Source: Blasia pusilla (taxonomy: Eukaryota). Taken from it: a stretch of DNA of 64,000 nt. The notes beneath the pieces were generated by a model. It searched no databases, was not told the DNA's origin, and worked only from the letters and a program-made list of their open reading frames with translations. The stretch's first letter is position 1, and the number at the start of each line of letters is the position of its first letter. This document shows positions 11,547 to 25,326 of the stretch, one piece after another. The stretch is taken from assembly GCA_050084515.1 (NCBI GenBank), contig CM114271.1, forward strand, positions 16,864,001 through 16,928,000, given 5' to 3'. The position numbers were made by a program, and so were the translations under genes.

Positions 11547-12772
11547 ATGCAACGACAGATGTCGACGTCAACAGACTCTGAGTCTGTCGTCCAAAAGAAG
11601 TATTTTCCCATACACTTTCTTTACTTCCCGATACTCCATGAACTACGTCAGATCCTTCATTCTGTCACTGCCGTACATATGCATGACGTCGCACTTTCTT
11701 CAGCTTTTCCTCCCTGAGCGCCCATCGTGGCACAGTCCAACAAGTTCGGGATTCTCGTTATGCAACAGCGGATGTGTCGAAAGAGTCTCAATCCTGGCCA
11801 GTGATACGCCCCGAAAGGCTACGACATCATCCCTGTCTCTAAAGGATGCGTTGTCACCATTCAGCCCTGATTCTCTAGGCAGAAAACGTGGGTCTGATGT
11901 AGGTCGGAGGAAAATGTGAAAAATCTAATGGATGATGTAATGCATCTGCATCGAGCAGGCTATTGGGGAAGGTGGCAATCGTAACTGGGTCAGCTGGGGG
12001 TATCGGGGCGGCCACTGCCAAGCTATTCGCAGCTCACGGAGCACATGTCATCATTGCAGACATCCAGGACGAGCTAGGTGGAAAGACTGCCCAACAAATC
12101 GGTCCCAAAGCGCTCTACCGCCACTGTGACGTCACACGAGAAGAGGATATCTCCTCAACAGTGGACTTCGCCGTGAAGGAATTCGGCAAGTTGGATATTA
12201 TGCACAACAACGCGGGCGTGTACCCTGTTGAGGAAAATTTCTGGACCTTAGACATGAAAAATTATGACCAGGTTACGGCAGTCAACGTGAGAGGGGTTGT
12301 CATGGGAATAAAGCATGCCGCTCGAGTCATGGTGCCTGCGAAAAAAGGAGTCATTCTCAACACCGCCAGTATGGCTTCGGTTTGCACCGGCAACATTATG
12401 TCTCTCATCTACAACATCAACAAGATGAATCACCCGGGTCTGACGAAAGTGGCGGCGTTCCATTTGGGGAAGCATGGAATTCGGGTTAACTGCATCTCTC
12501 CAACTGGTATACCCACAGACATGTCAGACGCTTTGCTCCGACGGTCTGGCATTGTTGACTTAGTCGACCTTACGGATGTGTACTCGAAATCGTCGTGCCT
12601 TGAGAACAGGAGCTGCACACAAGACGACTTTGCCAAAGCTGCGCTGTTTCTGTGTAGCGATGATTCTGGATACATCTCTGGTCATAACCTGTTGCTGGAT
12701 GGTGGCCTCACTAATGTCACCTCCTACGACCCGTTCAACTTCGGAGAACCCGCCAAACTCAGAGACGTTTGA
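11547..12772 (+). CDS. Short-chain dehydrogenase/reductase, plant ABA2/secoisolariciresinol-dehydrogenase-like; exons 11547-11599 and 11959-12772
   Basis: TGSAGGIG, NNAG, catalytic Ser (NTASMAS), YNINK (YxxxK), IRVNCISP. The GT-AG intron joins AA|G to give K-LLGKVAIVTG, the usual intron position in this family. The start codon is inferred. Confidence 0.92.
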
Positions 12773-13609
12773 TCAATCCCTCCCTCCCCATCCGAATCCG
12801 CAGTTTGCGACTCGCGACATGGCTATGCCTATTTCCTGCCTGTCAAACACGTTGTTCAGACTGACAGCACAATTCTACTCCATCGCTCGGGCTAATGAAA
12901 CGATGAAAGTAATACGATCGTAATAAAAGTGGTCCGTTGATGAAGGCGGCAAGGATATGCTCCAAGAGTTATCGGGAACTAAGTAGGGACGATTGTATTT
13001 ATACGCTACTTGAAGTTTGATATTGTGCTCAGTGCGGAGTTCAACCTCATTCTGAAGTTTAGTCTTACTCATTCATGTTTGCCGTTAGGATTATTGTGAG
13101 CTTTTGAATGAGCTTTATTCATGTGCACGGTTGCTTGGAACTCTGCAAGTAACTCTAGCACTCTAGCATCTAGAGTTGCTATGCCTATTTACTAATGTGA
13201 GCTACATAGATACTAGCCCTATGCTTTGGTCTATTTTAACTACCAAGCTTGTACACTCTTAAAGTCCAAGTTTTGGTCCAACGGACCAAATTTGGTATGT
13301 GTGAACAACAATGGAAGGTTGTTTTTAAGGGTTTGGATTAGAACCAAGATAGCACCCCTCAACTAGTTTTAATTGAGATTCTGACCCCAAGTGTAGCATA
13401 CCTCATTCTACAACATACCTACTTCTACCACACATAATATATAGCCGGTGCATGGCGATCAAGATGTGTCACTTCACTTGGGAGCGATTAACCTCATTTT
13501 TTAGTAGGTGAGGCGCTTGAGGTGTGCGTTCACCGGAGGGGTAAAATTGAGTCGAAGTTTGCAATAAAAAGTTGAAATAATCTTTCTTTGATTTGTTTCA
13601 TCACTATGT

Positions 13610-13728
13610 TGTACGACTACACATTAATGCCAACATATATTGGTTGTCATACACACACATGTCTAAGATCCATCTACCTCATATGAGTCCTAACATGTCT
13701 ACGCATGAACGAGTGGACAACCCCAACA
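13610..13728 (-). repeat. LTR-end fragment, copy of ~14440-14538
   Basis: ggttgtcatacacacacatgtctaagatccatcta...ggacaacccca shared; this copy starts with canonical TG on the minus strand. Confidence 0.7.
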
Positions 13729-14329
13729 TAAAGTTGAATGTAAACTGAAAACTATGATGAAATATACAATCAACCATGCTTCATCTAAGCATCCATATCC
13801 ATGAATTATATACACACTATTGTAATACCAGGAGAAGGTGTACAAAGGACTCCCAAAATGTGTATGATCTTTGATCAATCCTACCCCACTCTTCTAGAGA
13901 GAGTCTAGACTCAATACATGCAAGTTGCACGGTATCACGGACCCAATACGGGTTTGATCTTGAGGAAGATGAGCTCCAAATGAGCTTTCTCCAAAGTCCA
14001 TCCCCTTGGGCACCTCCCTGGGTGATTTGTACACACAAGTCACTTCCTCTCTACATGTCACTAACAACATGTATTACGCGAGTACCAACTCCTTAACAAC
14101 TACACATGTGGTCTCCTCATGAGACTAACTATCAACTAACCCACAATCCTATAGGTTCAAGTGGAGCCATACATGGCTAGGAGGTTCAACCTCTCCAAGG
14201 TTGCCACTCCTCATAAAGGGAAGGGTGACCTACACTCGTAGGTCACCTCCTAAGAGCAAGTGACATATGACCTCTCAAAATTGGGAAGTACAAGACCCTT
14301 CTAAGGCCTTGATAATATCTCTTCTTACA

Positions 14330-16390
14330 CCTCATCTACCATGACAACTATCGTGCGAATACACATTGCATGGGAATATGACCGAAAGTCTAGGGAGCAA
14401 CACGCTCTTCCTTTTCGAGTGGCTTCGCCTGGCATAAGTCCTAATACATCGGTTGTCATACACACACATGTCTAAGATCCATCTATCTATTGACCCTAAC
14501 ATCTCTATGCATGAACATTTTCAATTGGACAACCCCAATCGCCCCCCTAACTGGTCGGTTACGTCCCTCTTACTCGAGATAGTCTACAAAAAAAGTCTAA
14601 ATGCTATGCAGCTTTTTGATGCTAAGATCTGGAGATCGGGTGCTATGTAACCCCATCATAAGTCACTTACCTGCAATCCATAACATCAAGAGTCATCTTG
14701 TAATCTACTTATCACACCTATCTATGTACATCTGGGACAAAGCCAACATCCAGGAGAAACCAAGTCAAGAGGCGGCGTCAAAAACGACATATGCCATCCT
14801 CGAGAATACCCATCATAGACACTATCATCGTGGTTGCTCCTCTAGCATACCCACACAAGATGTATCTCAAGCCAAGCTCAGCATTGTGGAATACACATTG
14901 CATGTTCTCAGCCCACTGAGAACACGTTTGTACCCATACGTGTGGATCGTCGAATTGAATTCCTCAACCCCATCTCGTTGAATAGATGAAGACAACTCCG
15001 GCTCTATCCTATAGAGCAAGAAATAGTAAAAATGATGCCAAGGATCCTTGTCATCCAAAGTGGTAACCCATCACCAACCACCGCAATTGTAGGTTCTAAT
15101 CTCCCAAGTGTCCTCTCTACAGTCCAAACTTGCCCAATCCTCTCTTCATCGTTTGCCAAACCATTTGGCTCCGAATGATCTCGAGAAGTTGTACAATGAT
15201 CTATCAATGCCTGATCATACAAGGCCTCAAAAGTCACCCCTAAACTCAATATCCTGGTCTATTAACACCTTTGCTAGTGCACCAAGATGACTAAGCACTC
15301 TATCAAGAAATGCATAAGCCACTCCCTCACTTGACCTATCCGGAAATGCTACCAGCTCAATCCACTTGGAGAAGTGCTCCATCATGACCAACACGTATCG
15401 ACTATCGCATCATGTCAATGGTAAAGACCCTGCAAAGTCTAAACTCCAGTGAGACCCTAATCCTATGATCGGTAAAGGATGCAAGTGTGGGGTCTGAGCA
15501 TTGAACGATGCCCGCACCCTATCACATACAATGCATCTAGCTGTAAACTACAGAACATCAGTCTATAGACCATGCCACCAATATCGAATCGGAATCAAGT
15601 TATACATTTGCTTGACTCCAAAATTTCCTAACTCCTCGTGAGCATGTCTCACAATACCTGCTTGCTACGAAGGATGCGGCACCATCCGCACTCGTCCATC
15701 CTCCCAAACTCAAAGCACATGTGTCCCCTCCTACTAGAATCTCTTGGCTTGTTGTAGGACTCAATCCCGCGCTCTAGCTAAGACACCACTGTGCAGGCAC
15801 TCCAAGACCATCTCATCGTCGTGGATGTTTTGGGTCCCTGTCGACTCCTCACTGGCATCTGACTTTGAGGACTCACCATCCAACCTCCCTCCTAGAGTGG
15901 ATACCCCTACTGACTTGACATAGTCAACATACACAAATAGGTTGATATATGCATGCTAACCCTGCACCATCTACTGATCACTTTCACCATACCATCGGGC
16001 TCTAATTGCATTGCTCTAGCTCGTACATGGGTTACGGCTCAACCCGTCCGGATCCTGGTTTAGATGTTTTGGACAATGGACAACCTGAAAATCGTACTCG
16101 CGCAACAAATGTGACCATCTGGAAAGCATCCCTATAAGCTTATTAGACTCCATCAACCATTTGAGTGGCTAATGATTAGTGATGAGCATGAAAGGGTTCC
16201 CAAAAAAATAACATCTGAAATGGGCCACCGTGTATAGTGCCGCTAAGCACTCCCCCTTGTAAGAACTATACTTCTCCTCCCCAACATTGTTCAAGAGGCT
16301 TGCATATGCCACTACGAACTCCTTCCCCTCATCCTCTCTCTGAGTGAGCACCGCTCGTAACCCCAACATACTCCAGTCCGTATGAAAAAG
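14330..16390 (-). mobile_element. Second degenerate copy of the PHD-bearing Gypsy family (RNaseH-INT-PHD-PPT-LTR), 5' truncated
   Basis: HTDWSMLGL...VAYAS...YSSYKGECLA RNase H; integrase collinear with 1900-2950; PHD remnant GWHMSFLTPPL...WLCPRC at ~14722-14870; PPT aggggggcg at ~14540-14548. Confidence 0.9.
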
Positions 16391-16638
16391 GAAACAAAAA
16401 ATGAGATGTTTCAAATGAGAGAAATCACAAGTGTAATTGAATCGAGAATCGTGGGCCCATAACCTGTGATGTAGCAGACGTGTGATAATGTGAGCAGCAC
16501 ATACTCTCCAATACGTGAATACGCACTCTTTGCAAGAACATGCATCTTTTTCAATATGTATTATTTCTCGTTAGAACAACATGACGTATCGCTCTTTTAT
16601 CCACGACAAAACAAGATAGTCCTACTAGGAGCCAAGTG

Positions 16639-16710
16639 GTTTGAATCTTCAATTTGAATACTCAACTAGTTTGAATCTTGAATTTGAATCCCCAACTGTC
16701 TGAATCTTGA
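16639..16710. repeat. Short ~30-bp tandem repeat (about 2.3 copies)
   Basis: tttgaatctt(c/g)aatttgaat..caact repeated. Confidence 0.6.
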
Positions 16711-17899
16711 GCTCTCTGCCATCATGATAGCTAAAAGCGCAATAGTAAAAGGGTGCCGGACCATCCTAACATATCTGAAATGAAAGAAGGTTCACGACCC
16801 TACATTGGTCAATATATACACTAAGGCCAAGATAGAACACAAAGAGATCGAAGAAGAAAAAGAAGAAAGGGATTTCTTCACAAATTCCTCCACACTAGCG
16901 GCACCCCAAATCTTTCCAACCTCTCAATGAGGGAAAGTTGTACCACGTAACCTCTTCCTTGACTAAGCCTCATTCACCAACCAAGGGAATCAGAACTTGA
17001 GTTTTGATAGAGTGACAAGCTCTTCTTCTTACTTTTTCCACATTAGGGCTATTAGAACTTAAGTTCTAATGCCTCGCGCAAGTGCTCCACTATTGCTCTC
17101 CCGCCCTTTCCACAAAATTGTTCCACTCCTCGTAGGAAATCTATGTTATTTTTAGGAATATTTTTGGAATATTCCTCAAATGAGCTTTGTTTCTAGTCTC
17201 GTTTTCATTGTCAAACTCAGTTTTTCATGATCATATCAATTGTGAATTCAAATCTTGCAAAATCTTGCACAATCAAACACGATTGTGCCCTCCTTACTTT
17301 CGCTTCTTACTTAATTTTACTCCTACCCAACCTTCATCGGATTTGGTCTAAAATCAAGCACACCTCACTCAAAATCAGCAACAAAGTGCCCACGCACTTG
17401 CTAACTTGCGCACACTCAATCAGGTCACAATTGACATTGGTTTCCTCACCAAAATCATCTCAGGAACTCCATCCCTACAATATGATCCTCAATTGCTCCA
17501 CTATTGAGCAACTCCATCAGGATTGAGAAGCCTTTCGATCCCCTCTTCAAATCCTATCAAATCTGCTACACTTCACAGATTTCTCAATTCTGAACATCTA
17601 ACTTTGATTACAAAAATTCTTCTACCCTATGTCCTCCCACATGGTCAGGATACACTAGCTTGCAATTCTTGCAAACCCATAGCACCTCACTTGTGTAATA
17701 ATAAAACGATACACACATTCATGAAGATGAGTCCATCTTGGCGAGTCAAAAGATATAAGGTTGGACTCAGCACGGAACGAGATTTGACCTAATAAGATCA
17801 AGTAGAGAAACTCATTTCATTGGTACAAAGGGTGAATTTTGTAAATATAACAATACCATTGGTTCTACAAATTACAATTTCCAAGACTATCTAGGACAA

Positions 17900-19973
17900 A
17901 GACGTTATGTACCCTATTAGGATAGATCTTCAATAATTCATAATCTTACAAGTACTGAATGAATGTAATTTTCTCAAGACTCGAAGGCCTATTGGAATAT
18001 AATTAGTAGGATATATGCAAGGAACAGATGGCATTGCATTCTTCTAAAGGAAATTTCTTCTACATAATGGGTTACTATCAATGTAATGTAGAGCTTGGGA
18101 TCCATAAATTATGGGGATTTGTAGATAGGCAAGCGCAGCTTGAGTGGAAGACACCAAGCAATTTAAGATGTATGTGTTGGTTGCTGCACCATTGGATCGA
18201 GATAAGATTTCAGAGCGGCATTGAGATTCTATAGGATTTGTGTCTCCCACATTCAAACAAAACATCGCGATTGCGCATCCGACAAGTTTTTTTAATTATT
18301 CATTCAATGTGAGGCTACGTGAAGTGATAGGATTAGTGTCCTTCGTCCTTTTGAATCACCAGAAATTATCTTAGTAAATGACCTAACTACAGAGGAAGTT
18401 CTGCTATTTGAAAAGATAAGACACATGTCTTATGGGATAGTCATGATTTCACGACCATCTGGCTGCGACAAGACATTCTCCATTCACTTCATGCAAAAAT
18501 ATTGGAAGAGCGTGTCACTGCCTTATTTACTCACTGCCACTACTAGCATTGTTGCTATCCGTTTGCACAATATTACAACTACTGTCCATTCAACCTTTGC
18601 CATAACCCTACGAGGCAACTTACCGTCTATGCATACATCATCCGAACAATACTATCGGCTAAAGGAAGCAAGAGTTGTAGTCATTGATAAATGCTTTATT
18701 GAAGATTGAGTTACAATCAAACTCATAAGACACCTGAACTGCCACATTTGGTACTCGCACAAAGTAGGGAAGCTTAATCTTGGTTAGTCACTTAAGCACA
18801 ATTATCCTAACTAGGGTTAGTTAATCACGGTTAGTCTAAATCGAGACCATGGTTAAGGGTAGGGTTAAGGTTGCTTGTACATACCCTATATAATTGAGAA
18901 AGGACCAACCTCCACTCAATTTCTCTCATTGCAAATTTCGTTCTCCATGGTGGTGTGTGTGTGAGAGTCGTTTTCCACCATTTATGCTTGTTTAGCAATT
19001 TTCCACATGCTTGATGCTCACCCCGCGTCTACTCCAGATAATTGCTATGAGATTGTACCAAGTACTCCCTTCAACTAACCTCAATCCCTTCTCAGATAAA
19101 CTGCTTATATTGGTAGGGGATCTTTGTCAATTACCTCCTGCATGCCGTCATAGTTGTGACACCCTTTGTTCATTATGTCCTACATCATCGTCACCATTCT
19201 ATTCTACTATGACAAAGTGCCATCTATCTATTGGAGTCAAGCATAGTTCATATCTCGTATCTTTACAGTTCCTGCATCAAGTACGCGTTGCACCACCTAC
19301 TCAGTGTGAAATCGATCGGGTCCTTTGTGATTGCTCCACAAATGAGATCGACGCCATTGATTTCTTAGATAGCAGTACTCCAATCATCTGTTCCCATTGT
19401 GTTGATGTCCATCTTTTTAACCTTATTATGCTTAAGAGGTTGTATGGTAGTGCAGAAATATTTCCCATTTACATTTCTACATATGCTCCTGCTGATGTCA
19501 ACATACAGCAGTGGCTTGGAGATGATGCCTTCCATCAGGTCCAATTTTTGGCAATTGGCTGTAGGGTATTACTTACATCCAACATCGACATTATCAACCA
19601 GGCAGTTAACGGTGCATCTACCACTATAGTTGAATCCATCTACGTTGTACAACAACCAACAACCATTATTGTTAAAATAGACTCAAACAATAAACATATT
19701 CATATCACAAGAACAAATTGTGCCACTCTACGTTATGATGCACAAAATAAATACCATAAGAGCATATTTCCTATTTTTTTAGGGTATGTCATGACCGATC
19801 AAAAAAGCCAATGTCTAACGGTTCCTACAAGGTGTCTACTTGTTCTTAAGAAAACATTTGCACCCGGCCTTGTGTACGTTATGTTTTGGAGAGTGAAAAG
19901 GAGAGAGCATCTATTACGCATTCTAGGGTGTTTGGTGCCCTTTGATTTTATTGTCTTTGGACAGGTTTCTTGA
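17900..19973 (+). pseudogene. PIF1-family helicase, probably the helicase half of a Helitron RepHel, degenerate and split by an insertion
   Basis: Eroded Walker A (RPSGCDKTF), TATTSIVA, TVHSTFAI, VVVIDKC(LML), GDLCQLPP, VLLTSNID...VNG, FPIFLGYVMTDQKSQCLT, FAPGLVYV..RVK. Confidence 0.88.
18697..19007. mobile_element. 311-bp solo LTR inserted in the helicase
   Basis: Perfect 5-bp TSD tgctt (18692-18696, 19008-19012); TA(TG)...CA termini; internal ccctatataa TATA-like box; removing it restores the frame. Confidence 0.85.
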
Positions 19974-20559
19974 TTTAGTCATTTATGTTATCTAAATACT
20001 CGTACCTCAAGTGTTTTTAGTATGGCTACAAGCGACGATTCTATTAGGGGTCATGGTAGGAGGTCTACAACACCAACTACGCCACTTCTTCTCATCAACA
20101 AGACTTCATCTACAATTCGAGCTACATGTGTCACCGTAATTGTGTTGAGTGACATCGGTTCTCCTTAGCATGAGCACCACACGGCAACTCCAACTGCTTG
20201 GATGTACAGCAATGACCACGAGACTGCCTCTGAAAATCAGTTTTGTAGTATTTAATTCACTTCCTCAACCAAACTATAATCTCTGTTGGGATATTCTGAC
20301 AACAATATAAACAAGTACCCAAGTCGTACGTCAACTTTGCAAAAATGATATTGAATGACATGCCAGACATTCATGCCAAGACTGCAACCCAGTTAGTGCC
20401 ACCGACAGATGCACAACTGAAGTACGCAAACAGTTTAGGCCTGAATCACAAAAATTGGGGGGGAAATATCACCAGCTGCCAAAAGAGCCGTTTAATTGAT
20501 CAGAGGGCCACTACATTTAGAGAATTGAAGAAGCAACCATCGGCGATAGGTGCTACATC

Positions 20560-20889
20560 CAAGGTTGCATGTAGACAATGTCCGTTTCCGTAGATATGTC
20601 AATGTCTGTGGACTTATGTCCATCCTATGGAAGGACTTGTCCGTATGGACCCCACCTTTCCCTTCTTTCTCATTCCCCTTACTTGCCGTAGTGTTCCATA
20701 CTCTCCCATTTATTCCTCCCTCTACCTCCACTCCCTCCTTCCTCATTGCTCCTCTCATCCTTACCTTGCCTTCCATCATGGCCTAAAAGTATGGGTCCCA
20801 CCCCTTAGGGCCCATGTTAGTGGACAAGTCCGGACTTTTCCGTCCATGTCCGTCCTAAGCAAGAACTTGTCCATTTTTGTGCAACCATG
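20560..20889 (+). mobile_element. hAT-type MITE (330 bp)
   Basis: TIR caaggttgca...tgcaaccatg; 8-bp TSD gctacatc/gctacacc. Confidence 0.88.
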
Positions 20890-23800
20890 GCTACACCTTC
20901 CTTATTCTATTTTATTTTCTTCATTCTTATGTCTATTAAATAAGTAATCCCACATTTTCTTTTTTTTGCATCGGATCACTTATTATTCACTCTATTAACC
21001 AATACAGATATCGTGAAAGAGGTGATGACTTTCAAAGGGTCGATTTCAATTAAAATGAGCTCACAAGGCTGCAAGCGGAAGCTCACTACAGCCGATTGAC
21101 AGGTGGTATTAAGGCCGACCAATTTCAGGAGTTGAGGATCATCATGAGGCTACCACTCGAAATGCTGGTATACTTTTCGTCCTCCATGGTTGCCCACCTC
21201 CTTGCTCGGCTCCGTGATGCGCGTCAGGATGGAACTCTCTCAAATATCCCAGATCCGGATCATCAATACAATCTCACACCGCAAGTGCCACATACAACGC
21301 ACCTCTGTTACCTAAGTCGCTAAACAAGCGCAAGTGTGCTTTAGGTTAGATGCATAGTCCGCACCTTTTCGTCCTTTCTTCGTGTTTCACAAATTTTCAT
21401 TCACATTCACTACATATATCTGCGCACTCACAAAACATGTTACTTTCTGTTTCTACACTCCACTATATTATGTGGAGTGTAGCTGCTTGTGCCACGTGCA
21501 ATGTGGAGTCTTCATCTAGCCAACTTTATTTTTCTAGCTATCTCTGCGGATCCTATTACACTCTGTCGTTGTTCCATTGTAGCCTTTTTGTATTTCCCGA
21601 CTACAGAGATATCCCTTGTAGAGAAACACTATCCATGTTCACGGTCTAATTTTTTTAGATTCAACTATTGATGGAACATAGTTGTTCTCATTATGATGAG
21701 CCACACTTACTGGTTCTTGTTTGTATCAATTGATATGCAGCATTTTTCTAGATAGTCATGACAGATTCTATTCCAGCCATTTTGGTATTCAAAAGCTCAC
21801 ATTTTATTGCGAATTACTTGGAGACATATGTAACTTCAAATATGAACCACTACATATTTTGAATGTCGCTTTCCGTTTTACTGCATTCACTTTTATCTAA
21901 TTTACAATTCCATCTGACCTAACATCTGCTACTACATGCACATTAATGGCCGAATTCTTATATATATTTGCTCCAGTGTTGTTGGGTATTCATTCTCTTT
22001 TTTTCATTGTGCATTTCTCAATGTTCTATGCTAGCTCCATGTCTTTTTTGAAACCTTTGTTGCTTTTTTTTGCTGCAGAGAAGAGTATCGCATCTCCAAT
22101 CTGCACCTGGGAACAATCGCATACAACGCAGGCTACGTGCAACTCGTGATGTGCTGACCAAAGGAAAGGGCCTACTTCAAGAAGCAACTACTCTTGTTGA
22201 AAACAAGACACCAAGGCCAACTCGAGCTAAGCTAGTTGGGAGGTTTCTATTTGAGGCAGCACTTAAAAATATCCATACTTTGCACGACCAACTTGCAAGA
22301 AGTGAATCAAGTAACAATATACTACAAAAAGTGATGTCGTTCATGACAGATGAACACGGCTAGAATTTAGCTACTATACTCATTCTACAAGACCGCCTCA
22401 CTGATTTCTATTAAGTTGTTAAGAACCTGCACCAATATTGTTCCGAGAACTATCCTACAGACACAGAACTTGCTTCCCATTTGTGTAGCTTGACAGATTT
22501 GTGTCCACATGAGTAGTTCAACTTTTCAGTTATGTCGTGATATGATATGCATTCAGTCTTACATCTCTGTAACACAGTAAAATCTTGTTTTCACTTAGCT
22601 ATCTTGTGGCAAATGTGATCGTCTTAGCTTTAAGTTACATTCGGCTATATAATGTACTAATTTGATCTTAGCACTACCACATCATACTTCAGCTACGTTT
22701 GAATTTTGAGCATATATTTTTCTTAACTCACATATTAGGTTACAATAGAATTATTCAACATATCTTGACGCACAAATCGACCTTTTTCATGCGTCAAGAA
22801 AAAGCTCTTACTGTTAAGAAAGCATGTATGTTATTCCACTCATTGTCGACAATCTTCACCGAATGGGTATACTCATTCTTCTACTCACTAAAATTTCATC
22901 TAGTCACAAAGTTCAATGTGCTTCCAAAAAACTATTGTAATTGCTCTGTGTTTTGTTTTTCCAAATTTTGTAACTCTAGAGTCATGCACTTTACTTCAAG
23001 TTTTTCATTCTACACTCTCCTACTTTTCTGATGTCTTCTCGTTCTAGAGTTCCCGTTCTAGTACTCCATCTATTGACCAGAAAACTCATCAAATATATGC
23101 GATTTCCATTTAACACAATTATAGTTCTCGTTGGCTGTACATTCTTACGCCACCTAGCCTACTCATACTCTACTCTATCATGCAAATAATTCACTCGCGG
23201 AACACGGCATCTACAATGGAAAAACCACCAATATCAATAGTTTCATACCACATGTTGGGCAAAATATTTCCGTCAGCTTCAAAGGCATTTCAGTTCACAC
23301 CTTACGAACAGTATGCATGAAATAAGTAATAGCAGCCATGAAGATGACACCAATTTATTTTACTTCTAAAACTAAACGAACACTAGTACCCATCCAACTA
23401 TATTACTTTTGATCTGAATAGTCGTTACACTTTTATCCCCACCTACGCTACTATTGGAAAATTCGTATTGATGTAGAAAACCGTGAGTCTATTCATCACA
23501 AGTCTGGGCCGAAAACTTGTTTTATCTAACCCTTCAAGGCCTAGGCAACATGCTTTCTTTGTATCAAAATCAAGTGAACTTGTTGATACAAAGAAAGCAT
23601 GTATTCTACAGTAGAGAAATAGTTTTGAGACAGAGAAGTTCTATTAGACCATATATTAGCTTAATGTTAAGGAGACATGGGGAGTGTACCCACAAATCTT
23701 ACAGGCAAGTTATACATTTGGGAGTTACTGAAGGAGGCTAGAATAAGGCAGAGGACTTGACATCAACCTCCAGCAATCTTCTACTAGTAAGTATCCTTGC

Positions 23801-25326
23801 ATACAGACCTGTCTTTGCAATAACTTTCACCTCCATAATATTTTTGGATGCTTAAGAATGACAAAGAAGATGTGTAGTCCACTTGAGAGAAAGAAGGGGC
23901 AATGGAGAAAGAATTAAGAACATGATTGAATATATACTAGAAAAAATTAAATAAGTGAATCAATTCAAATGTTGATAGCTTGCTAGAATGCAGATATGGG
24001 GAGGTGGTCTACTTTGTCAAGGAAATAGGTCAAACATAAATGATCCTAGACAGATTTTTGCCCATGACGAGAAGCTTTGGCGAAGAGAGAAGGAGGCAGC
24101 TAGGATCCTCAAGCTGAAGAAAATCAGGTGCTCTTGTAACGAGTTCACAGGAATCAAATTTTGTCTCTTGCACGTAGTCAAAAAAAATCTTATTTTGTAC
24201 AAGAGATATCCTCCAAATCAAATTTGGAAGAATATGAATGACTATGACTCCTCGTTTTTCTTCGTGGTCTAGTAGATTCCAAATGATGAAAGAAATGAAT
24301 GAAAAGAAAAGACGTTTTATGAAGAAAAAAAATGGTTTGTTAAAATGTGAGGGTGTTCTGTTAGATGAAGAGTTTATAAGTGGGAGGTATGAAGAAGAGG
24401 GTTTTGGAGATAATCTTGAAGAGGTGTTCACCCAGATGAGCACCGATTCGCTCGAAACAAGTATGATTATAATTGACGACAACGGAGGGTCTATGAGGCC
24501 AAGATTATTTGTTTATTTACTTGAGAATGCTTTGGAATTGGGTCTTAAGCTCCGATATGGTTGACGAACGCACAAACCTTGGCAAAGTCCGCATTCAATC
24601 GTCCGCCATCTCCTTTACTGTGAAGTCACGAAATAAATTTGTTTCTATTGCAAATATTGGTCTAACGGGTGTACGTCGACTTTAATCACATCACACGCTA
24701 GCCTTCGCTCTCCCGAGATGTCCAAAGAAACAAACAAAATAAACACTATCAACATCATTCTTAACGTTTTAACTTCAAGATCATACTATATAGCTTGTCA
24801 ACAATTAAAAGAGACTTGATTGGTTGCAAAAGCACTTGAATACATGATCATATTTAAATGGACTTAAGTCCTTATTTTACTTGTAAGCATGACTTCAAGA
24901 AAGTCGAAAACCCAAAAATATTTTAATTCACCAAGAATGTCGAAAGTGGTGTTGGGATCAAGAAGAACTTGGACATATGGCAATACAAATCCTCTTCTCT
25001 TAAGTATGGTTTTTGTTTCTTCTACTTGTGAAGTTCTTTATTTAAAATAAATGTGAGATTGATTAAACATAAGGCGATGAACCAACGTAATCTATGCATC
25101 TTTAGAGGATACGGCTTGTTCAATCAAGATATACTAAATGACTACCTAGATCTATTTCAAATGTAATCTTCAAAGGAAGTTTGTCCATTTTAGAAGCCTC
25201 AAGGTATAGAAATAAGAATGGAAATAGACATGGCTCTATAGTTAGATTTGGATCTAAAGAATTGCTAAGATAATCTATGAGTAGACTCTCACATGAGCTC
25301 GTAGAAGAACGTAATGGTATGGGTCA

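Noticed and set aside
13821-14320. Possible additional solo LTR starting tgtaatacc
   Set aside because: No convincing CA end or TSD found
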